DNA of 45,000 nucleotides from Mustelus asterias (GCF_964213995.1 NW_027591173.1:62001-107000); one strand, 5' to 3'; shown: positions 1 through 14,711, counted from the first letter of the stretch. The notes: a model not told the origin generated them from the letters alone. Numbers and translations: made by a program.

Positions 1-3000
1 ATTAATTGTTGGATTACACAGTGATATGTTACAGAGCAGTAATCCAGGAGAACTGGATTAATTGTTAGATTACACAGTGATATGTTACAGAGCAGTAATC
101 CAGGGGAACTGGATTAATTGTTGGATTACACAGTGATATGTTACAGAGCAGAAATCCAAGAGAACTGGATTAATTGTTGGATTACACAGTGATATTTTAC
201 AGAGCAGTAATCCAGGGGAACTGGATTAATTGTTGGATTACACAGTGATATGTTACAGAGCAGAAATCCAGGAGAACTGGATTAATTGTTGGATTACACA
301 GTGATATGTTACAGAGCAGTAATCCAGGGGAACTGGATTAATTGTTAGATTACACAGTGATATGTTACAGAGCAGTAATCCAGGAGAACTGGATTAATTG
401 TTAGATTACACAGTGATATGTTACAGAGCAGAAATCCAGGAGAACTGGATTAATTGTTGGATTACACAGTGATATGTTACAGAGCAGAAATCCAGGGGAA
501 CTGGATTAATTGTTGGATTACACAGTGATATGTTACAGAGCAGTAATCCAGGGGAACTGGATTAATTGTTGGATTACACAGTGATATGTTACAGAGCAGT
601 AATCCAGGGGAACTGGATTAATTGTTGGATTACACAGTGATATGTTACAGAGCAGTAATCCAGGAGAACTGGATTAATTGTTGGATTACACAGTGATATG
701 TTACAGAGCAGAAATCCAGGGGAACTGGATTAATTGTTGGATTACACAGTGATATGTTACAGAGCAGTAATCCAGGGGAACTGGATTAATTGTTGGATTA
801 CACAGTGATATGTAACAGAGCAGTAATCCAGGAGAACTGGATTAATTGTTAGATTACACAGTGATATGTTACAGAGCAGGAATCCAGGAGAACTGGATTA
901 ATTGTTGGATTACACAGTGATATGTTACAGAGCAGAAATCCAAGAGAACTGGATTAATTGTTGGATTACACAGTGATATGTTACAGAGCAGTAATCCAGG
1001 GGAACTGGATTAATTGTTGGATTACACAGTGATATGTAACAGAGCAGAAATCCAGGGGAACTGGATTAATTGTTAGATTACACAGTGATATGTTACAGAG
1101 CAGTAATCCAGGGGAACTGGATTAATTGTTGGATTACACAGTGATATGTAACAGAGCAGAAATCCAGGAGAACTGGATTAATTGTTAGATTACACAGTGA
1201 TATGTTACAGAGCAGGAATCCAGGAGAACTGGATTAATTGTTGGATTACACAGTGATATGTTACAGAGCAGTAATCCAGGGGAACTGGATTAATTGTTGG
1301 ATTACACAGTGATATGTAACAGAGCAGAAATCCAGGAGAACTGGATTAATTGTTAGATTACACAGTGATATGTTACAGAGCAGGAATCCAGGAGAACTGG
1401 ATTAATTGTTGGATTACACAGTGATATGTAACAGAGCAGAAATCCAGGAGAACTGGATTAATTGTTAGATTACACAGTGACATATTACAGAGCAGTAATC
1501 CAGGGGAACTGGATTAATTGTTGGATTACACAGTGATATGTTACAGAGCAGAAATCCAAGAGAACTGGATTAATTGTTGGATTACACAGTGATATGTTAC
1601 AGAGCAGTAATCCAGGGGAACTGGATTAATTGTTAGATTACACAGTGATATGTTACAGAGCAGTAATCCAAGAGAACTGGATTAATTGTTGGATTACACA
1701 GTGACATATTACAGAGCAGTAATCCAGGGAACTGGATTAATTGTGGGATTACACAGTGATATGTTACAGAGCAGTAATCCAGGGGAACGGGATTAATTGT
1801 TAGATTACACAGTGATATGTTACAGAGCAGTAATCCAGGGAACTGGAGTAATTGTTGGATTACACAGTGATATGTTACAGAGCAGAAATCCAGGGGAACT
1901 GGATTAATTGTTGGATTACACAGTGATATGTTACAGAGCAGGAATCCTGGAGAACTGGATTAATTGTTGGATTACACAGTGATATGTTACAGAGCAGTAA
2001 TCCAGGGGAACTGGATTAATTGTTGGATTACACAGTGATATGTTACAGAGCAGAAATCCAGGAGAACTGGATTAATTGTTGGATTACACAGTGATATGTT
2101 ACAGAGCAGTAATCCAGGGGAACTGGATTAATTGTTAGATTACACAGTGATATGTCACAGAGCAGTAATCCAGGGAACTGGATTAATTGTTAGATTACAC
2201 AGTGATATGTTACAGAGCAGTAATCCAGGGGAACTGGATTAATTGTTGGATTACACAGTGATATGTAACAGAGCAGTAATCCAGGGGAACTGGATTAATT
2301 GTTGGATTACACAGTGATATGTTACAGTGCAGTAATCCAGGGGAACTGGATTAATTGTTAGATTACACAGTGATATGTTACAGAGCAGAAATCCAGGAGA
2401 ACTGGATTAATTGTTAGATTACACAGTGATATGTTACAGAGCAGAAATCCAGGAGAACTGGATTAATTGTTAGATTACACAGTGATATGTTACAGAGCAG
2501 TAATCCAGGGAACTGGATTAATTGTTAGATTACACAGTGATATGTTACAGAGCAGTAATCCAGGGGAACTGGATTAATTGTTGGATTACACAGTGATATG
2601 TTACAGAACAGAAATCCAGGGGAACTGGATTAATTGTTGGATTTCACAGTGATATGTTACAGAGCAGAAATCCAGGAGAACTGGATTAATTGTTAGATTA
2701 CACAGTGATAAGTTACAGAGCAGTAATCCAGGGGAACTGGATTAATTGTTGGATTACACAGTGATATGTTACAGAGCAGAAATCCAGGAGAACTGGATTA
2801 ATTGTTAGATTACACAGTGATATGTTACAGAGCAGTAATCCAGGGGAACTGGATTAATTGTTAGATTACACAGTGATATGTTACAGAGCAGTAATCCAGG
2901 GGAACTGGATTAATTGTTGGATTACACAGTGATATGTTACAGAGCAGTAATCCAGGGGAACTGGATTAATTGTTGGATTACACAGTGATATGTTACAGAG

Positions 3001-6000
3001 CAGTAATCCAGGGGAACTGGATTAATTGTTAGATTACACAGTGATATGTTACAGAGCAGTAATCCAGGGAACTGGATTAATTGTTAGATTACACAGTGAT
3101 ATGTTACAGAGCAGTAATCCAGGGGAACTGGATTAATTGTTGGATTACACAGTGATATGTTACAGAGCAGTAATCCAGGGAACTGGATTAATTGTTAGAT
3201 TACACAGTGAAATGTTACAGAGCAGTAATCCAGGAGAACTGGATTAATTGTTAGATTACACAGTGATATTTTACAGAGCAGTAATCCAGGGGAACTGGAT
3301 TAATTGTTAGATTACACAGTGATATGTTACAGAGCAGAAATCCAAGAGAACTGGATTAATTGTTAGATTACACAGTGATATGTTACAGAGCAGTAATCCA
3401 GGAGAACTGGATTAATTGTTGGATTACACAGTGACATATTACAGAGCAGTAATCCAGGGAACTGGATTTATTGTTGGATTACACAGTGATATGTTACAGA
3501 GCAGTAATCCAGGGGAACGGGATTAATTGTTAGATTACACAGTGATATGTTACAGAGCAGGAATCCAGGAGAACTGGATTAATTGTTAGATTACACAGTG
3601 ATATGTTACAGAGCAGTAATCCAGGGGAACTGGATTAATTGTTAGATTACACAGTGATATGTTACAGAGCAGTAATCCAGGGAACTGGAGTAATTGTTGG
3701 ATTACACAGTGATATGTTACAGAGCAGAAATCCAGGGGAACTGGATTAATTGTTGGATTACACAGTGATATGTTACAGAGCAGAAATCCAGGGAACTGGA
3801 TTAATTGTTGGATTACACAGTGATATGTTATAGAGCAGTAATCCAGGGGAACTGGATTAATTGTTGGATTACACAGTGATATGTTACAGAGCAGTAATCC
3901 AGGGAACTGGATTAATTGTTAGATTACACAGTGATATGTTACAGAGCAGTAATCCAGGGGAACTGGATTAATTGTTGGATTACACAGTGATATGTTACAG
4001 AGCAGTAATCCAGGGAACTGGATTAATTGTTAGATTACACAGTGATATGTTACAGAGCAGTAATCCAGGGAACTGGATTAATTGTTGGATTACACAGTGA
4101 TATGTTACAGAGCAGTAATCCAGGGGAACTGGATTAATTGTTGGATTACACAGTGATATGTTACAGAGCAGTAATCCAGGGGAACTGGATTAATTGTTAG
4201 ATTACACAGTGATATGTTACAGAGCAGAAATCCAGGGAACTGGATTAATTGTTGGATTACACAGTGATATGTTACAGAGCAGTAATCCAGGGGAACTGGA
4301 TTAATTGTTGGATTACACAGTGATATGTTACAGAGCAGTAATCCAGGGAACTGGATTAATTGTTAGATTACACAGTGATATGTTACAGAGCAGAAATCCA
4401 GGAGAACTGGATTAATTGTTAGATTACACAGTGATATGTTACAGAGCAGTAATCCAGGGGAACGGGAGTAATTGTTGGATTACACAGTGATATGTTACAG
4501 AGCAGTAATCCAGGGGAACTGGAGTAATTGTTGGATTTCACAGTGATATGTTACAGAGCAGTAATCCAGGAGAACTGGATTAATTGTTGGATTACACAGT
4601 GATATGTTACAGAGCAGAAATCCAGGGGAACTGGATTAATTGTTGGATTTCACAGTGATATGTTACAGAGCAGTAATCCAGGGGAACTGGAGTAATTGTT
4701 GGATTACACAGTGATATGTTACAGAGCAGTAATCCAGGAGAACTGGATTAATTGTTGGATTACACAGTGATATGTAACAGAGCAGAAATCGAGGAGAACT
4801 GGATTAATTGTTGGATTACACAGTGATATGTTACAGAGCAGTAATCCAGGGGAACTGGATTAATTGTTGGATTACACAGTGATATGTTACAGAGCAGAAA
4901 TCCAGGGGAACTGGATTAATTGTTGGATTACACAGTGATATGTTACAGAGCAGTAATCCAGGGGAACTGGAGTAATTGTTGGATTACACAGTGATATGTT
5001 ACAGAGCAGAAATCCAGGGGAACTGGATTAATTGTTGGATTTCACAGTGATATGTTACAGAGCAGTAGTCCAGGGGAACTGGATTAATTGTTGGATTACA
5101 CAGTGATATGTTACAGAGCAGAAATCCAGGGGAACTGGATTAATTGTTAGATTACACAGTGATATGTTACAGAGCAGTAATCCAGGGGAACTGGAGTAAT
5201 TGTTGGATTACACAGTGATATGTTACAGAGCAGTAATCCAGGGGAACTGGATTAATTGTTGGATTTCACAGTGATATGTTACAGAGCAGTAATCCAGGGG
5301 AACTGGATTCATTGTTGGATTACACAGTGATATGTTACAGAGCAGTAATCCAGGGGAACTGGAGTAATTGTTGGATTTCACAGTGATATGTTACAGAGCA
5401 GTAATCCAGGAGAACTGGATTAATTGTTGGATTTCACAGTGATATGTTACAGAGCAGTAATCCAGGGGAACTGGAGTAATTGTTGGATTACACAGTGATA
5501 TGTTACAGAGCAGTAATCCAGGAGAACTGGATTAATTGTTGGATTACACAGTGATATGTAACAGAGCAGAAATCGAGGAGAACTGGATTAATTGTTGGAT
5601 TACACAGTGATATGTTACAGAGCAGTAATCCAGGGGAACTGGATTAATTGTTGGATTACACAGTGATATGTTACAGAGCAGAAATCCAGGGGAACTGGAT
5701 TAATTGTTGGATTACACAGTGATATGTTACAGAGCAGTAATCCAGGGGAACTGGAGTAATTGTTGGATTACACAGTGATATGTTACAGAGCAGAAATCCA
5801 GGGGAACTGGATTAATTGTTGGATTTCACAGTGATATGTTACAGAGCAGTAGTCCAGGGGAACTGGATTAATTGTTGGATTACACAGTGATATGTTACAG
5901 AGCAGTAATCCAGGAGAACTGGATTAATTGTTGGATTACACAGTGATATGTAACAGAGCAGTAATCCAGGAGAACTGGATTAATTGTTGGATTACACAGT

Positions 6001-9000
6001 GATATGTAACAGAGCAGAAATCGAGGAGAACTGGATTAATTGTTGGATTACACAGTGATATGTTACAGAGCAGTAATCCAGGGGAACTGGATTAATTGTT
6101 GGATTACACAGTGATATGTTACAGAGCAGAAATCCAGGGGAACTGGATTAATTGTTGGATTACACAGTGATATGTTACAGAGCAGTAATCCAGGAGAACT
6201 GGAGTAATTGTTGGATTACACAGTGATATGTTACAGAGCAGAAATCCAGGGGAACTGGATTAATTGTTGGATTTCACAGTGATATGTTACAGAGCAGTAA
6301 TCCAGGGGAACTGGAGTAATTGTTGGATTACACAGTGATATGTTACAGAGCAGTAATCCAGGAGAACTGGATTAATTGTTGGATTACACAGTGATATGTA
6401 ACAGAGCAGAAATCGAGGAGAACTGGATTAATTGTTGGATTACACAGTGATATGTAACAGAGCAGAAATCCAGGGGAACTGGATTAATTGTTAGATTACA
6501 CAGTGATATGTTACAGAGCAGAAATCCAGGGGAGCTGGATTAATTGTTAGATTACACAGTGATATGTTACAGAGCAGAAATCCAGGGGAACTGGATTAAT
6601 TGTTAGATTACACAGTGATATGTTACAGAGCAGAAATCCAGGGGAACTGGATTAATTGTTAGATTACACAGTGAAATGTCACAGAGCAGAAATCCAGGGG
6701 AACTGGATTAATTGTTAGATTACACAGTGATATGTTACAGAGCAGAAATCCAGGGGAACTGGATTAATTGTTAGATTACACAGTGATATGTTACAGAGCA
6801 GTAATCCAGGGGAACTGGATTAATTGTTGGATTACACAGTGATATGTTACAGAGCAGAAATCCAAGAGAACTGGATTAATTGTTAGATTACACAGTGATA
6901 TGTTACAGAGCAGTAATCCAGGGGAACTGGATTAATTGTTAGATTACACAGTGATATGTTACAGAGCAGAAATCCAGGGGAACTGGATTAATTGTTGGAT
7001 TACACAGTGATATGTTACAGAGCAGTAATCCAGGGGAACTGGATTAATTGTTAGATTACACAGTGATATGTTACAGAGCAGTAATCCAGGAGAACTGGAT
7101 TAATTGTTGGATTACACAGTGACATGTTACAGAGCAGTAATCCAGGGAACTGGATTAATTGTTGGATTACACAGTGATATGTTACAGAGCAGTAATCCAG
7201 GGGAACTGGATTAATTGTTAGATTACACACTGATATGTTACAGAGCAGAAATCCAGGAGAACTGGATTAATTGTTGGATTACACAGTGATATGTTACAGA
7301 GCAGTAATCCAGGGGAACGGGATTAATTGTTAGATTACACAGTGATATGTTACAGAGCAGTAATCCAGGGAACTGGAGTAATTGTTGGATTACACAGTGA
7401 TATGTTACAGAGCAGAAATCCAGGGGAACTGGATTAATTGTTAGATTACACAGTGATATGTTACAGAGCGGTAATCCAGGGGAACGGGATTAATTGTTAG
7501 ATTACACAGTGATATGTTACAGAGCAGTAATCCAGGGGAACTGGATTAATTGTTGGATTACACAGTGATATGTTACAGAGCAGTAATCCAGGGAACTGGA
7601 TTAATTGTTGGATTACACAGTGATATGTTACAGAGCAGTAATCCAGGGAACTGGATTAATTGTTGGATTACACAGTGATATGTTACAGAGCAGTAATCCA
7701 GGGAACTGGATTAATTGTTGGATTACACAGTGATATGTTACAGAGCAGTAATCCAGGAGAACTGGATTAATTGTTGGATTACACAGTGACATATTACAGA
7801 GCAGTAATCCAGGGAACTGGATTAATTGTTAGATTACACAGTGATCTGTTACAGAGCAGAAATCCAGGGGAACTGGATTAATTGTTGGATTACACAGTGA
7901 TATGTTACAGAGCAGTAATCCAGGGAACTGGATTAATTGTTGGATTACACAGTGATATGTTACAGAGCAGAAATCCAGGAGAACTGGATTAATTGTTAGA
8001 TTACACAGTGATATGTTACAGAGCAGTAATCCAGGGGAACGGGATTAATTGTTAGATTACACAGTGATATGTTACAGAGCAGTAATCCAGGGGAACTGGA
8101 TTAATTGTTGGATTACACAGTGATATGTTACAGAGCAGTAATCCAGGGGAACTGGATTAATTGTTGGATTACACAGTGATATGTTACAGAGCAGAAATCC
8201 AGGAGAACTGGATTAATTGTTGGATTACACAGTGATATGTTACAGAGCAGTAATCCAGGGAACTGGAGTAATTGTTGGATTACACAGTGATATGTTACAG
8301 AGCAGAAATCCAGGAGAACTGGATTAATTGTTGGATTACACAGTGATATGTTACAGAGCAGTAATCCAGGGAACTGGAGTAATTGTTGGATTACACAGTG
8401 ATATGTTACAGAGCAGAAATCCAGGGGAACTGAATTAATTGTTGGATTACACAGTGATATGTTACAGAGCAGGAATCCTGGAGAACTGGATTAATTGTTG
8501 GATTACATAGTGATATGTTACAGAGCAGTAATCCAGGGGAACTGGATTAATTGTTGGATTACACAGTGATATGTTACAGAGCAGAAATCCAGGAGAACTG
8601 GATTAATTGTTGGATTACACAGTGATATGTTACAGAGCAGTAATCCAGGGGAACTGGATTAATTGTTAGATTACACAGTGATATGTCACAGAGCAGTAAT
8701 CCAGGGAACTGGATTAATTGTTAGATTACACAGTGATATGTTACAGAGCAGTAATCCAGGGGAACTGGATTAATTGTTGGATTACACAGTGATATGTAAC
8801 AGAGCGGTAATCCAGGGGAACTGGATTAATTGTTGGATTACACAGTGATATATTACAGTGCAGTAATCCAGGGGAACTGGATTAATTGTTAGATTACACA
8901 GTGATATGTTACAGAGCAGAAATCCAGGAGAACTGGATTAATTGTTAGATTACACAGTGATATGTTACAGAGCAGAAATCCAGGAGAACTGGATTAATTG

Positions 9001-12000
9001 TTAGATTACACAGTGATATGTTACAGAGCAGTAATCCAGGGAACTGGATTAATTGTTAGATTACACAGTGATATGTTACAGTGCAGTAATCCAGGGGAAC
9101 TGGATTAATTGTTGGATTACACAGTGATATGTTACAGAACAGAAATCCAGGGGAACTGGATTAATTGTTGGATTTCACAGTGATATGTTACAGAGCAGAA
9201 ATCCAGGAGAACTGGATTAATTGTTAGATTACACAGTGATAAGTTACAGAGCAGTAATCCAGGGGAACTGGATTAATTGTTGGATTACACAGTGATATGT
9301 TACAGAGCAGAAATCCAGGAGAACTGGATTAATTGTTAGATTACACAGTGATATGTTACAGAGCAGTAATCCAGGGGAACTGGATTAATTGTTAGATTAC
9401 ACAGTGATATGTTACAGAGCAGTAATCCAGGGGAACTGGATTAATTGTTGGATTACACAGTGATATGTTACAGAGCAGTAATCCAGGGGAACTGGATTAA
9501 TTGTTGGATTACACAGTGATATGTTACAGAGCAGTAATCCAGGGGAACTGGATTAATTGTTAGATTACACAGTGATATGTTACAGAGCAGTAATCCAGGG
9601 AACTGGATTAATTGTTAGATTACACAGTGATATGTTACAGAGCAGTAATCCAGGGGAACTGGATTAATTGTTGGATTACACAGTGATATGTTACAGAGCA
9701 GTAATCCAGGGAACTGGATTAATTGTTAGATTACACAGTGATATGTTACAGAGCAGTAATCCAGGAGAACTGGATTAATTGTTAGATTACACAGTGATAT
9801 GTTACAGAGCAGTAATCCAGGGGAACTGGATTAATTGTTAGATTACACAGTGATATGTTACAGAGCAGAAATCCAAGAGAACTGGATTAATTGTTAGATT
9901 ACACAGTGATATGTTACAGAGCAGTAATCCAGGAGAACTGGATTAATTGTTGGATTACACAGTGACATATTACAGAGCAGTAATCCAGGGAACTGGATTT
10001 ATTGTTGGATTACACAGTGATATGTTACAGAGCAGTAATCCAGGGGAACGGGATTAATTGTTAGATTACACAGTGATATGTTACAGAGCAGGAATCCAGG
10101 AGAACTGGATTAATTGTTAGATTACACAGTGATATGTTACAGAGCAGTAATCCAGGGGAACTGGATTAATTGTTAGATTACACAGTGATATGTTACAGAG
10201 CAGTAATCCAGGGAACTGGAGTAATTGTTGGATTACACAGTGATATGTTACAGAGCAGAAATCCAGGGGAACTGGATTAATTGTTGGATTACACAGTGAT
10301 ATGTTACAGAGCAGAAATCCAGGGAACTGGATTAATTGTTGGATTACACAGTGATATGTTATAGAGCAGTAATCCAGGGGAACTGGATTAATTGTTGGAT
10401 TACACAGTGATATGTTACAGAGCACTAATCCAGGGAACTGGATTAATTGTTAGATTACACAGTGATATGTTACAGAGCAGTAATCCAGGGGAACTGGATT
10501 AATTGTTGGATTACACAGTGATATGTTACAGAGCAGTAATCCAGGGAACTGGATTAATTGTTAGATTACACAGTGATATGTTACAGAGCAGTAATCCAGG
10601 GAACTGGATTAATTGTTGGATTACACAGTGATATGTTACAGAGCAGTAATCCAGGGGAACTGGATTAATTGTTGGATTACACAGTGATATGTTACAGAGC
10701 AGTAATCCAGGGGAACTGGATTAATTGTTAGATTACACAGTGATATGTTACAGAGCAGAAATCCAGGGAACTGGATTAATTGTTGGATTACACAGTGATA
10801 TGTTACAGAGCAGTAATCCAGGGGAACTGGATTAATTGTTGGATTACACAGTGATATGTTACAGAGCAGTAATCCAGGGAACTGGATTAATTGTTAGATT
10901 ACACAGTGATATGTTACAGAGCAGAAATCCAGGAGAACTGGATTAATTGTTAGATTACACAGTGATATGTTACAGAGCAGTAATCCAGGGGAACGGGAGT
11001 AATTGTTGGATTACACAGTGATATGTTACAGAGCAGTAATCCAGGGGAACTGGAGTAATTGTTGGATTTCACAGTGATATGTTACAGAGCAGTAATCCAG
11101 GAGAACTGGATTAATTGTTGGATTACACAGTGATATGTTACAGAGCAGTAATCCAGGGGAACTGGATTAATTGTTGGATTTCACAGTGATATGTTACAGA
11201 GCAGTAATCCAGGGGAACTGGAGTAATTGTTGGATTACACAGTGATATGTTACAGAGCAGTAATCCAGGAGAACTGGATTAATTGTTGGATTACACAGTG
11301 ATATGTAACAGAGCAGAAATCGAGGAGAACTGGATTAATTGTTGGATTACACAGTGATATGTTACAGAGCAGTAATCCAGGGGAACTGGATTAATTGTTG
11401 GATTACACAGTGATATGTTACAGAGCAGAAATCCAGGGGAACTGGATTAATTGTTGGATTACACAGTGATATGTTACAGAGCAGTAATCCAGGGGAACTG
11501 GAGTAATTGTTGGATTACACAGTGATATGTTACAGAGCAGAAATCCAGGGGAACTGGATTAATTGTTGGATTTCACAGTGATATGTTACAGAGCAGTAGT
11601 CCAGGGGAACTGGATTAATTGTTGGATTACACAGTGATATGTTACAGAGCAGAAATCCAGGGGAACTGGATTAATTGTTAGATTACACAGTGATATGTTA
11701 CAGAGCAGTAATCCAGGGGAACTGGAGTAATTGTTGGATTACACAGTGATATGTTACAGAGCAGTAATCCAGGGGAACTGGATTAATTGTTGGATTTCAC
11801 AGTGATATGTTACAGAGCAGAAATCCAGGGGAACTGGATTCATTGTTGGATTACACAGTGATATGTTACAGAGCAGTAATCCAGGGGAACTGGAGTAATT
11901 GTTGGATTTCACAGTGATATGTTACAGAGCAGTAATCCAGGAGAACTGGATTAATTGTTGGATTTCACAGTGATATGTTACAGAGCAGTAATCCAGGGGA

Positions 12001-14688
12001 ACTGGAGTAATTGTTGGATTACACAGTGATATGTTACAGAGCAGTAATCCAGGAGAACTGGATTAATTGTTGGATTACACAGTGATATGTAACAGAGCAG
12101 AAATCGAGGAGAACTGGATTAATTGTTGGATTACACAGTGATATGTTACAGAGCAGTAATCCAGGGGAACTGGATTAATTGTTGGATTACACAGTGATAT
12201 GTTACAGAGCAGAAATCCAGGGGAACTGGATTAATTGTTGGATTACACAGTGATATGTTACAGAGCAGTAATCCAGGGGAACTGGAGTAATTGTTGGATT
12301 ACACAGTGATATGTTACAGAGCAGAAATCCAGGGGAACTGGATTAATTGTTGGATTTCACAGTGATATGTTACAGAGCAGTAGTCCAGGGGAACTGGATT
12401 AATTGTTGGATTACACAGTGATATGTTACAGAGCAGTAATCCAGGAGAACTGGATTAATTGTTGGATTACACAGTGATATGTAACAGAGCAGTAATCCAG
12501 GAGAACTGGATTAATTGTTGGATTACACAGTGATATGTAACAGAGCAGAAATCGAGGAGAACTGGATTAATTGTTGGATTACACAGTGATATGTTACAGA
12601 GCAGTAATCCAGGGGAACTGGATTAATTGTTGGATTACACAGTGATATGTTACAGAGCAGAAATCCAGGGGAACTGGATTAATTGTTGGATTACACAGTG
12701 ATATGTTACAGAGCAGTAATCCAGGAGAACTGGAGTAATTGTTGGATTACACAGTGATATGTTACAGAGCAGAAATCCAGGGGAACTGGATTAATTGTTG
12801 GATTTCACAGTGATATGTTACAGAGCAGTAATCCAGGGGAACTGGGTTAATTGTTGGATTACACAGTGATATGTTACAGAGCAGTAATCCAGGGGAACTG
12901 GATTAATTGTTAGATTACACAGTGATATGTTACAGAGCAGTAATCCAGGAGAACTGGATTAATTGTTGGATTACACAGTGACATGTTACAGAGCAGTAAT
13001 CCAGGGAACTGGATTAATTGTTGGATTACACAGTGATATGTTACAGAGCAGTAATCCAGGGGAACTGGATTAATTGTTAGATTACACACTGATATGTTAC
13101 AGAGCAGAAATCCAGGAGAACTGGATTAATTGTTGGATTACACAGTGATATGTTACAGAGCAGTAATCCAGGGGAACGGGATTAATTGTTAGATTACACA
13201 GTGATATGTTACAGAGCAGTAATCCAGGGAACTGGAGTAATTGTTGGATTACACAGTGATATGTTACAGAGCAGAAATCCAGGGGAACTGGATTAATTGT
13301 TAGATTACACAGTGATATGTTACAGAGCAGTAATCCAGGGGAACGGGATTAATTGTTAGATTACACAGTGATATGTTACAGAGCAGTAATCCAGGGGAAC
13401 TGGATTAATTGTTGGATTACACAGTGATATGTTACAGAGCAGTAATCCAGGGAACTGGATTAATTGTTGGATTACACAGTGATATGTTACAGAGCAGTAA
13501 TCCAGGGAACTGGATTAATTGTTGGATTACACAGTGATATGTTACAGAGCAGTAATCCAGGGAACTGGATTAATTGTTGGATTACACAGTGATATGTTAC
13601 AGAGCAGTAATCCAGGAGAACTGGATTAATTGTTGGATTACACAGTGACATATTACAGAGCAGTAATCCAGGGAACTGGATTAATTGTTAGATTACACAG
13701 TGATCTGTTACAGAGCAGAAATCCAGGGGAACTGGATTAATTGTTGGATTACACAGTGATATGTTACAGAGCAGTAATCCAGGGAACTGGATTAATTTTT
13801 GGATTACACAGTGATATGTTACAGAGCAGAAATCCAGGAGAACTGGATTAATTGTTAGATTACACAGTGATATGTTACAGAGCAGTAATCCAGGGGAACG
13901 GGATTAATTGTTAGATTACACAGTGATATGTTACAGAGCAGTAATCCAGGGGAACTGGATTAATTGTTGGATTACACAGTGATATGTTACAGAGCAGTAA
14001 TCCAGGGGAACTGGATTAATTGTTGGATTACACAGTGATATGTTACAGAGCAGAAATCCAGGAGAACTGGATTAATTGTTGGATTACACAGTGATATGTT
14101 ACAGAGCAGTAATCCAGGGAACTGGATTAATTGTTGGATTACACAGTGATATGTTACAGAGCAGAAATCCAGGAGAACTGGATTAATTGTTAGATTACAC
14201 AGTGATATGTTACAGAGCAGTAATCCAGGGGAACGGGATTAATTGTTAGATTACACAGTGATATGTTACAGAGCAGTAATCCAGGGGAACTGGATTAATT
14301 GTTGGATTACACAGTGATATGTTACAGAGCAGTAATCCAGGGAACTGGATTAATTGTTGGATTACACAGTGATATGTTACAGAGCAGTAATCCAGGGAAC
14401 TGGATTAATTGTTGGATTACACAGTGATATGTTACAGAGCAGTAATCCAGGGAACTGGATTAATTGTTGGATTACACAGTGATATGTTACAGAGCAGTAA
14501 TCCAGGAGAACTGGATTAATTGTTGGATTACACAGTGACATATTACAGAGCAGTAATCCAGGGAACTGGATTAATTGTTAGATTACACAGTGATCTGTTA
14601 CAGAGCAGAAATCCAGGGAACTGGATTAATTGTTGGATTACACAGTGATATGTTACAGAGCAGAAATCCCGGAGAACTGGATTAATTG
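1..14688. repeat. Tandem satellite, 56-bp monomer (55 bp when the G-run is shortened), about 260 copies, running off the left edge of the window
   Basis: Unit ATTAATTGTT(G/A)GATTACACAGTGATATGTTACAGAGCAG(T/A)AATCCAGG(G/A)GAACTGG starts at 1, 57, 113 and so on. It ends abruptly at about 14688 in a (TG)n tract. Copy number is estimated as length divided by about 55.8. Confidence 0.99.
17..44 (+). other. First copy of the 12-RSS-like motif in each satellite monomer: CACAGTG + ATATGTTACAGA (12 bp) + GCAG(T/A)AATC
   Basis: Perfect RAG heptamer at 17-23, exact 12-bp spacer at 24-35, nonamer-like 9-mer at 36-44. The GCAGAAATC variant matches ACAAAAACC at 6/9 and keeps C2 and A5-A7. Function is not demonstrated. 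Confidence 0.55.
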
Positions 14689-14711
14689 TGTGTGCGTGTG
14701 TGTGTGTGTGT
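14688..14711. repeat. (TG)n microsatellite at the satellite boundary
   Basis: tgtgtgtgcgtgtgtgtgtgtgtg follows the last monomer directly. Confidence 0.9.

Noticed and set aside
10117-10425. 102-aa Cys-rich ORF
   Set aside because: It is a chance open frame through satellite monomers, caused by 55/56-bp alternation.
1-14688. CRISPR-like array
   Set aside because: There are no unique spacers, the whole monomer is repeated, and the context is vertebrate.
1-14688. Satellite as an array of true D or J segments, or as a 23-RSS
   Set aside because: At 23-bp spacing the 9-mer is GGGGAACTG. On the minus strand CACTGTG has no nonamer at 12 or 23 bp. The 28-bp flank has no FGxG motif or splice donor.
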